A stretch of DNA of 62,264 bases, counting the filler, from Catajapyx aquilonaris (taxonomy: Eukaryota), in the NCBI GenBank assembly GCA_000934665.2. It is 4 parts of 4 records of this genome, joined end to end, with 100 filler letters (N's around TTAATTAATTAA, not from the genome) between each part and the next. Parts side by side here need not be neighbours in the genome. Positions count along the whole stretch, not along the records: positions 46,699 to 62,264 come from JYFJ02007501.1; 3 more parts are not named here. One strand, given 5' to 3'. Position numbers and translations under genes: made by a program. Of this stretch, positions 50,532-62,264 are shown piece by piece. Below the pieces are notes generated by a model that saw only the letters and a list, made by a program, of their open reading frames with translations, was not told where the DNA came from and did no database searches. How positions within the stretch are numbered: the first letter of the stretch is position 1; every line of letters starts with the position of its first letter.

Positions 50532-50905
50532 GGGGAGGTGCGGTTGGCGAGATGGTAACGTCTCGGCTTGCTGAGCGAAAGGTCTCAGGTTCGATTCCCG
50601 CCTGGGAGCCCCCCTTCGCCTGCGTCAGGAAGGTCTCTCACCCGCGCCTTGGCGATGTCTGGCACCTAACCTCCTGGGGGACTGCCCATGGCCCAGTTTG
50701 AGACATTTGCACTTGCATGCGTGTCTCCTCCCCAAAAATCCCCACTCCCTTCCCCATTTCCCTGTCTGCACGGTGTTAGAAGAAAAATTCAGAAAATCGA
50801 GTTGAAAAAATTGTTGTATTACACCCCCCCCCCCCCNCCCCCAAAGGAGCGATGATTCTCCCAATGGGGCAAGTAAAATAATATAAAATATAAAATATAA
50901 AAAAA
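50532..50905 (+). mobile_element. tRNA-derived SINE, family D
   Basis: GGGGAGGTGCGGTTGGCGAGATGGTAACGTCTCGGCTTGCTGAG...GGTTCGATTCCC; (AAAATAT)n tail; TCTCCCC on both flanks. Confidence 0.88.
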
Positions 50906-51354
50906 TCTCCCCGTGGATTATCTACCATCCCATAATTCATTTTCTCCGTGCATGGCTTAGATCAGTGACAGATGGGAAAATCACCCCGATCCAGTAATCT
51001 AGCTGCCTTCCTGCGCGTGGGAAAGGAAGCCGGGTAATCGAAAGTAACACATTTTTCCACCGAGGGGCCAAGAAACGGTCTGTTATAGCCCACGTGAGGT
51101 GAAAATGAGCCTGTTATTTCAAGAGCAAGGGGGGAGCGGGGCGACCGCCCCGGGCCAGTGGTTTTGTCCTACACAGCTCATATAGTATTCACATCCGTTC
51201 GAATAGGATTGAAACCAATCACCCCAAGAGGAGAATACGAATAAGCCGAGCTGAAGGTGATTCAGGTCCTGGTGTGTGCACCTTACAGTAGTCCCAAGAT
51301 ATTATGTGGTGCGTGATCAGACTACAAGTCAACTGACTGAGGCGATAATTTTTT

Positions 51355-51389
<35 letters not shown>

Positions 51390-52485
51390 ACCAAATCCGA
51401 CGTCGTGCGGTCCTGAATGAAGTGGTTCAGGGTCAGCCATCAACACCCGTCCCCTCCCACTTCCCTCCTCCGCCTCCTTCCCCCAAATCTCCAGAATCGC
51501 ATTCAAGGCTCTTTAATCCAGGTCCAGGCACGCAATGATCCTACAGAAAGTGGGGAAAAAAGAATGAGGGTTTCTTGGCTCGTAAGGTCGGTTGTGTGTA
51601 GATTTATGCTTCTCGAGGTGGTTGGGGCAATAATCCGAGCAAGGATGGTGATGGCCAGATAAGCCCAGTGGGAGAAAGATTGTTGAGATGATGGTTCTCA
51701 GGGAAGTGCCAGCAGTGAAGATGCACTTTCGCCACACTAGTTGCATCCATCTCCCCCCACCCCCTACATGAGGAGCAGTAGTTGTTATCGTCATCATCCC
51801 AGGCTCACACACTTCCTCTTTTTATCTCTCTCTTCTCTTTCTATCCCTTCTTGGCCTGCTGCTGCATAGTCTCTCTCTCCCTCTTCCCCATCAGGCCATG
51901 ACCACGCAATCTGGACTAACCCTACTAGTCCATTGCCCCACATATACTCTCCACGAGTACTCCACCGAACATACATACGCTTTTCTCTCTGCTATAGTGA
52001 TGGTCAAGCAGTGTCAAAGGGGGAATCCTCGTGGCAATAATTGACGCCTTATTGTGTCTGAAAAATCCCCAAAGCCGGAGAAAATTTCCAAGCCATGCCA
52101 CTTTCGAATTGAAGCTGAATCAAACCAGAGTTGTCGTGACAAGTCCCAAATTCTACGTTGTAAGACAGAGGAGAAAGACGGAGAAATTCAGTTTGGTAGG
52201 AAGGTGGGGATAGCAAACGACATAATAATATATTTTTCTGTTAAGGTACCCGTACTCTTACTTATATTTTTAAGTTAATAACTGGTCGTAATTGAATTGT
52301 TGGATGGCAAGCAACACAGGGTGTATCAGAAGTCGTACCTATTACTAATTCCGAATAACTTTCCAACGCAACGAGTACACCTACGACCTACGGAAGTGAA
52401 ACATGATTCGAAATGTGGGGGAATTCATGAGAATTTATCTGGGTGACACTTTGCTACTGTGGCACTGCTAGCGAGTGCAGGTTGA

Positions 52486-52675
52486 CACTTCTTCCACGGT
52501 GGCGCTGATAACTGGGGCAGCTGGGAACAAAATGTCGGACCACCTGTCTGTGACATTATACGAATGGGGTCGGAGTGTTCGGGGGCTGGCCTGTGATATC
52601 ACAGAGAGCGAGAGAGGTGGTCCGACATTTTGTTCACAGCTGCCCCCGTTATCAGCGCCACCACGGCAAGAAGTG
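52486..52675. mobile_element. Foldback MITE-like element with ~60-bp arms
   Basis: GGTGGCGCTGATAACTGGGGCAGCTGGGAACAAAATGTCGGACCACCT / AGGTGGTCCGACATTTTGTTCACAGCTGCCCCCGTTATCAGCGCCACC. Confidence 0.75.
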
Positions 52676-53543
52676 GGCAGGAAGTTGGGCTCAAGGTCAC
52701 AAAGTTGAGGTGAATGTAGCTGACAAAGTACAGTGGAATCTTCCTACACTGTAAGCACATCGGATACAAGCAAGGAGAAAAGTCGGTCCCTTCATATTTC
52801 CAGCAGCGCCAAGCGGAAACATGTTACATTATTTTACGTATTTCTCATGGCCTCACGCCCCCCCTGAAATCCTCTCACGCCCCCAGGTTGGGAACCACTG
52901 ATTTAGAACGTTCCCCTCTGAGGAACAGTGCTAAACCTAGGGGAAAATAAAGTAGATTGTGGGTCTATATGTCACAAAAAATCTTCGACCTTCCCCATCG
53001 GGAAGTGGTCAAAAATGGCCGCTACTTTATAAGGTAGACCTAGGTGGCATGGGAGACAAAAAAAACATTAAATTATTTAATTACAAATAATGTGTAATTA
53101 CTCTGAGGCGAATACTATGTCTCCTGCATATCATAATCATTCATTACCGGTAATTTTATCCTGAGACGGTTTATTCTCCACATTTAAGCCAAAGGAACGA
53201 TACAATGCAAGAAGGGCCCAATTGTGAGCATTTAAAGTATTTAAATAAAATATAAATTACATGCCGATTTCGATGAACGTGCTGTCAGGTATTCATGTTG
53301 TATATATCTGTCATTAGGTTTAGAGCACAATTTCCTACCACGAACATAAACAGAATTAAAAATTGCTTTTTTCGCTTCCTGGACATTTTCTATTTTCACA
53401 ATTGGGCCCTTATTGAATTGTGGTCTTCAAATACAGGACTGGTATCTCGATGATGCCAAAAGTGCCGCCCGTAAATTTCTTGTATATTATATTGATGCAT
53501 TTACCTATGGTTTAACACTAGCCGTCTTAATTATGATACAGTA

Positions 53544-53707
53544 CGGTAAAACTTCTATAAGTCGAATCTCCATGGGACCGGGAAAAAACTTCGAGTTATA
53601 GAAATTCGAGTAAGGGAAGTTTATTTCCTATTCTTTGACATTGTGACCAACGAAGCTCATAATTTTCTTCGACTTATAGAGAACTTCGACTTAGGGAAGT
53701 TTTACTG
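53544..53707. mobile_element. Short internally deleted derivative of the 40416-40954 Tigger-like MITE (opposite orientation)
   Basis: TA-CGGTAAAACTTCTATAAGTCGAA ... TTCGACTTAGGGAAGTTTTACTG matches both ends of the longer copy. Confidence 0.85.
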
Positions 53708-55486
53708 CATTTTGACATTGTCCACCAGATAAAACTTCATGGCTCAAAATTCTCATAGTAAAGCGATTTAAGCATCGTTTCGAGCATCGCAATTATTTGC
53801 ATTCCTAAAAAGTTATCGGTGTGAGTTGAGAACATTGTGCAATGCAATTATTATTATTAATGCCCCTATGTTGCACAATTATTGGGACAGCCTTGCGTGG
53901 TATTGGGCAAGGTTGGTTGGCGGGTGTGTACCGGATATGTAAACCGGACTCGGAAGAGAGTCCCGGCCTGCGCATGTACGGCGGTATGTCCGCGTGTACA
54001 CGTGCATGGTGTGTTTGCGCACACATGGCAAGATGAAGGCAGAGTCCTTGCTTCCAATGCCAAGTGAGGGACGCGGAGATTGAAGGAATGCGGAACCGCT
54101 CTACCTACTGCCTGCTGCTGGATTCAAGACACTTCTGGCTGCTGCAACCAAGAGTTTCCTCTCAGCCTGAGAGCCTCTTACTTCGAAGGTCCACAGCCCC
54201 TCTCTTTCCTCCCTCCCTCCCTCCCTCTACCTCTCCTGCACCTCCCTCTCTCCTAACACACCCACTTATTACACCTGACGGCAATTAAAAAGACTCGGCC
54301 CACACAAATAATATATTCTCCCATGCAGCTGAGGAAACCACTCTAACAATAACTGATATACTAGATTGTTCCTGGTAAGGCAACAGATGGACCCAGAAGA
54401 GGTTGACAACTCCAATTATTGAGGACTCTTAACATGATAAACGGAAATGACTGGGGGGGGGCATGCGATTTTATTGATCATTACGTACATAACTAAGGTA
54501 CATCCAGAACAATAAGCGGTTGTTCCCTTGTTATTCGTGCAGGATTCATTAACCATCGTTTATTATGCAAACCACCATAAGAACGGGATGATAGGTACGT
54601 CAAATAAGGGAGCGTTTCTCCTTGTTATTTACAGTAATTTTATTGTTGCCAGCAATAATTAATGACAAGCAGAACAGGGCCATGTTTGGTGTACCGCGAA
54701 GGGTGCAACTCGGCCTCTCAACCTTTCCTTCATCCAGTAAACTACACCGTCCACTTCTATAGCAAGTATGAGCTGTATTGAGGGGGGGGGGNGGGGGGAT
54801 CATCACGGGTGGTTCCAGCGATTCTACTGGACAAACAACGACCGAAGTTTCTTCTCCTATGGGAATATATTGTATGATGGAGTATAGACCGTGCGTTTCA
54901 TATTCAGTTCGCATCCGTATCGATGGAAATATCGTGGCCGTGTCAATATCTACATATGTCAGAGCTGCCCCTCTGCCTGGCTCGACTTGGACCAACAGAG
55001 TGCGAATCTGATTGTCCTTCCCTTCAAGTCTCGATGTACGGATAACATACATACTGTACATCATACAATATACATGCTGTGTGTGTTGGAGCACCTAGAA
55101 AGAGCGTGTGGCTGGCTGGCTTCCTTGCCTACTTTCCCTCTCACTTATTCCAATCCCAGATCATTCTGAGCATAGCATAGCATGCATGTTCCTGTGTCCG
55201 ATGGCCTGGATTTCTCTCTCGCCGGTCGGTGCATCATTCCCCCCAGAGTCCCGCATCATCTGGACCTAACCAGATGATTCCGCCTCATCATCTCATGCAG
55301 GGGGAGAGGGAGGGATGGATGGGACGATGCTACACTACGTCATCGTCACAACCCTACCAAATCATTTGCCTAATTTATAAACAAATACTGTTTCAATTCA
55401 GGTGGTCCTTTCGGTTACATCTGATGCAATTAAGAAGGAGATCAGTACTTTGGAGCGGTTACGTTGCTGCTGCTGTCAGGCTGCTG

Positions 55487-55487
<1 letters not shown>

Positions 55488-55578
<91 letters not shown>

Positions 55579-55580
55579 TA

Positions 55581-55653
<73 letters not shown>
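55488..55653. repeat. Compound microsatellite (GAT)n(TAT)n
   Basis: Directly visible. Confidence 0.97.
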
Positions 55654-55654
<1 letters not shown>

Positions 55655-56592
55655 TCGTGATAGAGTATTATAGCAACTTACATTGAATTATTCATAGACT
55701 GTTAATATGAGCAGCCAATTATTATTTTGATTACAACTGTTCGAAAGCAACTCCTTAAAAATACGAAGTGCTAAAAATGGCTGACTGAAACTGACATCTC
55801 AGTTGGAAAATCCTGTATGTGTATATACAGTAGCCTACATGTGAAGGATGGCAAGTGGTAAGTTCATCACTTGCAGGGTGGATTGGGTGGAAGTGGGGTG
55901 AATGGCACTCTCCTTCCCCCTTCAGGCTAGGACTGCCTGAGCATACGTAAAATGGGGCCTACTAACTATACAGTATACTACACCCAGCTGCTGGACTGAT
56001 CCGCTCTCTTATTATCATCGGACATCACCTCTTGGAAGTCAGCAACTTCCGCCATCCCTTTCCCTTACAGCCAGATATATACTGAGGCCTTCTGCTGGCT
56101 GCGGTCGCGTGCGGTCGGCTGCGGTCGGACAGAAAGTCACACTCGCCTGGACAACAAATAACACCCGCACAATGTCATTTTTGCCATAATGGGTTATACA
56201 TAGCTCGTGCCGTTCATTGGTCTCTTTCTCTCTCATAAGAAGGAGGGGGCGCAATTCAGAGTGTATTGCTCCCACCTTACACTCATTACGGCCACTGGAA
56301 GTAATTGCGCTAATTAAACTGACATGTATGGCCCGATCGTATTGTTTACGACGGGTATATCCCGTAAGCGGTTTACTGTCTGCCATTTTCCATTTTCGTT
56401 TTCGTTTTCGTTTTCGTGGGAATAGGGACAGGAGGGGCTTCAAATCACTTGCACTGCAGCACTATGCTCGATTATTTTATTCTTGCTGCTCTGCCCTTAC
56501 AAGGTGTGTCGACTCAGGCAAAATTATGGCACCGATAACCTGCTTCTTGTCGAAAAGAAATTTCCAATAGTAACTTATGTTAATTTGAGGAG

Positions 56593-56922
56593 CAAGGAAG
56601 GCGGAGTGGTGGTGCCGTAACGCACGCGCCCACGGATGTTAAGGTCCCGGGTTCGAACCCAACCCGGGGTCCCTCCCTTCGTCTCGTGCAGAGTTGGGCG
56701 GTTGGGTCATCTCTGGCTTCGTCTCGGGTGGAAATTTCCGCTAGACTAATCCACCCGGGGGAGTTGACAAAATGACCAAGCTACGACATTGCACTTGCAC
56801 ATCCATCCCCTCCTACCTACCCTAACCGTGGACCAACTATTACATGGTTCCAAATAAGGTGGCATTCCCACCCCCCGAAGAGGGCCTTTCGGCCGTAGTA
56901 CTGGGTATCGAAGAAAATAAAA
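56593..56922 (+). mobile_element. tRNA-derived SINE, family B
   Basis: GGCGGAGTGGTGGTGCCGTAACG...GGTCCCGGGTTCGAACCC; perfect 14-bp TSD GTTAATTTGAGGAG (56579-56592 / 56923-56936). Confidence 0.92.
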
Positions 56923-57067
56923 GTTAATTTGAGGAGATGCCAAAAATAGCAAATGCTACTATGAGACTATGAAAAAGAGCGCTCTTCGTCTCCGAATTAA
57001 AATTACTCGAAGCTAATTGTTTAAAAAGCTTTGTTGCGTGATTATCGTTGTTATTATATTTGCAAAT

Positions 57068-57113
57068 ATTATCTGCCTATACTCATTCTGCAGAATGAGT
57101 ATAGGCAGATAAT
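57068..57113. repeat. 46-bp perfect palindrome
   Basis: ATTATCTGCCTATACTCATTCTGCAGAATGAGTATAGGCAGATAAT. Confidence 0.95.
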
Positions 57114-59170
57114 GTAACATTGGCACTCTTATTGCCGGTCACACGGTCCATATCAGGAGTTTCTGCTGGCTACTGGCACGAATTTCTGCCCCTCATTGGC
57201 CAATGCACATGTCAACCTACCTCCCAAGCTTCAGTATACCGACAATGGGTATGCTGGGTATCAATATAATAATTATGGACCTGATCATTTACGTGCCGCT
57301 GAGGATGATTGAAAATTGTAACGTTTTTCAGATCACCTCCACCTCGAGCAGACTGACTGACCCCCCGGTGAGGTCAGGGAGAGAATGTCTAATGAGCACT
57401 CTTTGCATAGACTTCAGATCGAAATCCATCATTGATCAGGCCAAAAGACGACTAATTATTGGGATCGACCTTTACATGTAAGAGGGCGGGTTACCCCATT
57501 TAAAAAAAAATCCGGGTCACACATGGAACCAATCACACGAATACAAAAAAGCAGCTCGTGGGGAGGATGCCATCAGGAAGGCAAGATGGATGGAACCATG
57601 CCTCTTAACTTTTCTGGTAAGAAGAAGAGAAATGATTTTTAAAAGACCAAATGCAAGGCATGCAGGCAGGCAGGCAGGCAGGCAGAGAGTGTGAGAGAAA
57701 GTACGGGGTTTTCGGGAGGGAGGAGAGAGAACCCTGACCTCAAAGCAGGAGGGGTAGAGGTCACTTCAGGATCTGAAGCAGCTTCGTTCACTCCTTGACT
57801 CGCTCGCTCGCTTCCCAGTCACGAATCCGGGTTAAGTGATCCGGATCCAAACCACAGCCAACAACCCAATCTCATTGGCAGTGCATTCAGTGGGGCTCCA
57901 GCTGTGTTCTGTATAATTATAATAACAACGACGACGACGACGACGACGACGATGATGCTGCAACCTGGTCCTCGATTGAATTTTTATTAGTTATTGGCGC
58001 AGAAAGAAGGGGGTGCATACCTGCCAGGATCTTTTTTGATACCAATAATTGTTTGGGTAATGAGACTTCGGAGAGCAAGCGACACCTCTCCATCAAGTTC
58101 TTCTCCTCTACTCACAAATTCAGTCCAAAATTTGGTCGGATTATGAACCACCCTGCATAATTATATTGGACTAGTTGGCAAGCGATGCCTGTCGTTGTGA
58201 CGTCACCAAACAAGCCCGGTAGCCTTCCTTTCCATACTTGATGTGCACGTGACTCTGGAAACAAAGCAATGCGATACCGGCTGGGCCCAGCAGGACCACA
58301 CTAATCATTAATGGTCTTGATTGGTTGGTCAGCCTGCCTTCCCCCCTTGGACCCTTCTATACTATACACTTATACAGTATACGCCATATATCCTTCTTAT
58401 CGGGCCATTGCAATATTATTATTATATCCGTGAACAAGATCCTTTCTTCACTCCAGGGAGGTTGCGTAACATTGGCATTTTTTGGCCGGGCCCCGCCCCT
58501 CTCTCAGACCTGGAATGAACACGCCCATGTTTAACAGGTTATTAGCCGTAATGGTAATTAATCACCTTCCGAGCATTTGTTCGCCTTCTCTCCGTCGGGG
58601 AACGGCTCCTGACAATAATGTAATCGCAATAATAAGTTGTCTCGAGGCAGGCAGTGTTACCAGGCTCTGGGTCATGCTTTAAACCAACCTGTCAACGCTG
58701 CGCTGCTGCCTCCAGCCATGTCACGAGCCATTCATTCCCAGGCTCCAGATACGCCTCATATTTCATTGTTGGGGGTGGTAGGGGGTCGAGGTCAGCTACA
58801 TCACGCTGTGCATTGTTGCGAAATAAAGCTGCCTTCAAAAATGCTGGGGAAAAAACCATGCTCTCGATGAGTGGAATACATGCAGTATCTGCCAATGGAG
58901 AAAAATGGGCCGAAACGTGTGGATCGTCTGACGGTCTGACCAAAAGGACACGGCAAGGAAAAGGGGGCACTGCACAAATTGACAAGAGAGCCTGGGGAAG
59001 AGAGAAAAGAAATTTGGATTGTTCACTCCAGAAAACCCATTTAATAATAGGGTTCCAAGTTGCTTCCCTGTAAACTGTGTGGTGGGGTAAACAATCAACA
59101 GCTTCCTCCTTTTGCCTATCTCGTGAATGTGGAGGTCCAATCGAATTGAACAACCTGGAGGTCCAGGGGT

Positions 59171-59221
59171 CCTCCTCCTCCTCCTTCTCCTTCTCCTCCT
59201 CCTCCTCCTCCTCCTCCTCCT
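59171..59221. repeat. (CCT)n microsatellite
   Basis: Directly visible; source of the poly-E/R/G/L/S pseudo-ORFs. Confidence 0.95.
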
Positions 59222-59902
59222 GCATGCCTCATCCCAAACATTGTGCACCAAATTGCCACAACCCGTGTTTGAACCTGAGAGGATGAGGTCAGCAGCCCGA
59301 GATTTGTCAACCTCATCCGGCACCATAATCCGGCATCATAAGTCGCACTGTCAAGTAAGGGATGAATACATGCATGGGCAGAGGATGCCTGATGCATGTC
59401 GGTGCCTTTTATTCACCATGTTTTATTACGGGGGATCGACGACGTCATTGAGTCGTGACATGACTTGCGCACTTGTCAAGGTTCAACGACTTGGCTAAAC
59501 AGGGAAAGAAAGAAATTGCGTGTCATTCTCAAAGTGTGACCATTAGTAGCCTCTTGGGGTCGAAGATCCTCCGGCAATGTTTTTATAACGAGAAAAACGT
59601 AAAGTGAGAGGGAATTGCTTGATTACATGGAGTTACGACTCACCCCATACCGGTACACTTATACAGGATGGCCAGCAATAAATAATCACTGCTTACGGCA
59701 GTTTTGCACCACATTTAGCTGATTGTCAGTACGGTAACGATAAAGATAGTGTTAAATTACTTATAGCAGTACAACGTAGCCGCGTACTCTTTCTTGTGCG
59801 GGCCATAAAGCTGATGCGACGGTTAATTACTTTCATACCATTTAACAGCCATGTTAAAATAATTACATCGCAGGATAAGCTTGGAGGGAATATTTCCGAA
59901 GT

Positions 59903-60070
59903 AGGGCCGCGCAGTGGTGTAGTGGCTAATGGAGCAGCCTTCCACCTCTGGGTTCATCCGTCAAATCCGCTGATGGGAGAGAGGACAACTTTTTCATATG
60001 AGAAAAGTTTCTAGATGGTATGTCGGTGTGGGAGTGGGCTTTTTCGGGGGATCTACCGTTTCCTCCGACA
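59903..60070 (+). mobile_element. Possible old tRNA-derived SINE
   Basis: A-box-like TGGTGTAGTGG, a decayed B box, and GGGCTTTTTCGGGGGATCTACCGTTTCCTCC resembling conserved SINE body motifs. Confidence 0.4.
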
Positions 60071-61566
60071 TACAGTCCAAGCAAGAACTTCCCTTTCCCT
60101 CATCACCCTCTATGCCAGGCAGCCTTAGTTGTTTTGCCTCCCCAATCAATCAACTAACCAGTAACCATATATTCGCAGTAAATAACTGATAATAATTGTT
60201 TGGCTATTTGGTTCGTGATGAAAGATCCTGTATGTTGTATTGTGCCCAGCCGGCCGCTAATTAGAGGCGTAGTCCCCCAGCCAGACAGGTGTACAGTGTG
60301 TATGTGTACAGAGCGTGTGTAGGTGCAGAGCAAGCAGGTCCGTCCATTCATTTCTTAATGGATTGAGCCAGATATCAGGAAGGCACGTTTTTGGTTCACA
60401 TTTTTGTGTGGCTGGTTAATGCAATGTGTATGTATGGTGGCCAGCAGTCCTTATGACCAGCAGTATTGCATCATTGCAAGCCGACAAAGGAGCAGGTGCC
60501 AATGGACAGCTAACCCCGCTCCCCATTCTTCTTGCTGTTGTTTCTTAGTCCCCCTCTCCGAAGGGGGGTAGAGACTGGTTATGGCTCCTGTGATTGGTCA
60601 GCTGGCCCACCTTTTTAATGATCTCTTATTACATATTCCATCCCTTTGCCTGCCCCTCTGGAATCTGCTCGTTTTCATCAGTGAAAGGGGTTTTATGTAT
60701 GTCCGTTTTCTCTCTCCCCCCCCCCTCCTTCCCCCCCTCCCCGTCACTCTCAATCCGGTCCATGCAACAGGCTCGACGACTATCATCAGCCAGCCTTACT
60801 ATTCTATCGCCATTCCAGCACTCGCAATAGCATGAGTAACGCCAACGCCTTACATGCACATCAGTGACATCACTACTCACTGCAATACACTGTTGCGGTA
60901 TATCCACCCATTTTGGCCCAGGAAGCAGCTTTGGACATGCTCCGTGCAGGGCCTCCACTGACACGTCATCAGCTGCCGCGCCGCCATGTTGGCATGGCTC
61001 AGGTGCCGTTGACACCTCTGCCAATATTATGGGCAGCCAACATGGGTACCAACGCAACGACATCTGCACAGTCGTGGCAAACAAGATTACCACATCAAGA
61101 ACACAAAAACTATCGCCAACTTTGATAATAATTAATAATTTGAAATAATTGCATTCAAAACGCCACCCTCTTGTGCAGTAGGCCTACAGTAGGCTACACA
61201 TCAGGCATCTGCCAAGATTATGAGCAGGCTGTGGAGACGCCACGCAGCAACACCAACAGGTGTTGTGAGTGGCAATGTAATATCTAGTTGGTGAGTGTGA
61301 ATAGGGCCATAACACTCGCATTTATGACCTTAATGAAGGCAGTGAAGGGGGGAAAGGTGGGAATTATTTCCAGAAGTGCGCGCCTCTAATGGCAGCAATT
61401 AATTAATTGTGGCGCTTAATTAATTATTTCTCGACAATTACCCGTTGCACGTACAATTATTGTACGTAAGGTGGCCACCTGGAGAAATCGTCCAGCCTCA
61501 GCTAGAGAAGACATTAAGACAACAATAAATAAAGCGCATTTTCTCCGCTGCACTTTTCGAAAATTA

Positions 61567-61633
61567 ATTGTCTCCGACTAGCGTAAATTATTTAGACTAG
61601 GAGTCTAAATAATTTACGCTAGTCGGAGACAAT
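61567..61633. repeat. Perfect hairpin with 32-bp arms and a 3-nt loop
   Basis: ATTGTCTCCGACTAGCGTAAATTATTTAGACT-AGG-AGTCTAAATAATTTACGCTAGTCGGAGACAAT. Confidence 0.95.
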
Positions 61634-61912
61634 AATTGCTAGTCGGAGGCCAAAATGTTAACTATTGCAAAACGCCTTCCTTCTCATTCTCATGTTCATC
61701 ATGTAGGCTACTCAAAGGTCACATATATACTCCAGAAATGTTATGGGTAAGGAGACACACTTCTTGTGATGCTTCCCACAAGTGGTTGTTCCCGTTGGTG
61801 ACACTGCTGCATGCTGGCTCCAACACAATCCATTCACATTTTCGCACAATGAGAGATGAACAGTTAACAATTTTCTGTTGGCACTCATGAACCTGCGATG
61901 TTGAGGTATGTA

Positions 61913-62136
61913 GGGGAGGGTGGGGCAAGACGGGACACTTAGGTTTAGGGAGTTACACCGGAGCCTGTTTATACTGTACAGATATTCTGAAATTTTGACA
62001 TCAAATGCTACCAACGGTTTTCCGTTTAATAAGAACAAATCTGGGAGTGTATAAATGACTGTGTTTAAGCGGGGTCCTAAAGACCAAAAGAGTGCAAGTG
62101 TCCCATCTTGCCCCATATGCGGGACACCCCCCATGT
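61913..62136. mobile_element. Left part of a pogo-type (TA-GGGGAG...) non-autonomous element, interrupted at TTAA
   Basis: TA-GGGGAGGGTGGGGCAAGACGGGACACTT with inverted sub-repeat AAGTGTCCCATCTTGCCCCA (62096-62115); same terminal architecture as 17362. Confidence 0.65.
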
Positions 62137-62140
62137 TTAA

Positions 62141-62264
62141 AGGGACACTCCAGTCTGAAGACAAGCTGATGTCTAAAAATCAGGCAAAAAATCCTGACTC
62201 CAACGCAAAAATCCGTTTGTCTCAAAACAGAACCGTAACCGGGGTCGTGGGGTCAAATCCTCGC
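62141..62264. mobile_element. Kolobok-like DNA transposon terminus (TTAA target), truncated by the window end
   Basis: TTAA-AGGGACACTCCAGTCTGAAGACAAG...; inverted match to 46699-46790. Confidence 0.75.

Noticed and set aside
58654..59498. Longest ORFs in the track (139-177 aa) with poly-E/R/L/S
   Set aside because: Overlapping frames on both strands anchored on a (CCT)n microsatellite; no domain motif.
46699..62264. Single 15.5-kb giant transposon (Polinton/Maverick-like) defined by terminal inverted repeats
   Set aside because: The TTAA target sites face inward, so the repeats are ends of two outside elements. No polymerase, integrase or capsid ORFs lie between them.

Overview
Repeat-rich eukaryotic DNA, most likely from an arthropod (TTAGG-type repeats, an insect/crustacean-like DIP/lachesin Ig gene, GT-AG introns, tRNA-derived SINEs). 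The window is not one locus. It is four ~15.5 kb contigs (1-15435, 15536-30984, 31085-46598, 46699-62264) joined by identical 100-nt N44-TTAATTAATTAA-N44 spacers, in order of increasing length. Contig 1 holds the 3' part of a minus-strand Dpr-interacting protein (DIP)/lachesin-like gene (2 well-supported exons, 1 candidate terminal exon), with satellites and MITEs filling the introns. Contig 2 holds decayed transposons: Academ-like pieces, a Gypsy LTR + tRNA-Trp PBS + gag start, a Harbinger remnant with convergent MADF-BESS and transposase genes, a C2H2 zinc-finger fragment, and a SINE inserted antisense into its own family. Contig 3 holds a Merlin (IS1595-like) transposase remnant, nested SINEs and many foldback elements. 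Contig 4 is non-coding as far as I can see and is bounded by two Kolobok-like termini. Most ORFs in the supplied track are spurious. I found no prokaryotic operon, CRISPR array or clearly new protein system. The best leads are modular SINE families sharing body and tail segments, SINE-into-SINE insertions with exact TSDs, and many short unrelated perfect palindromes.
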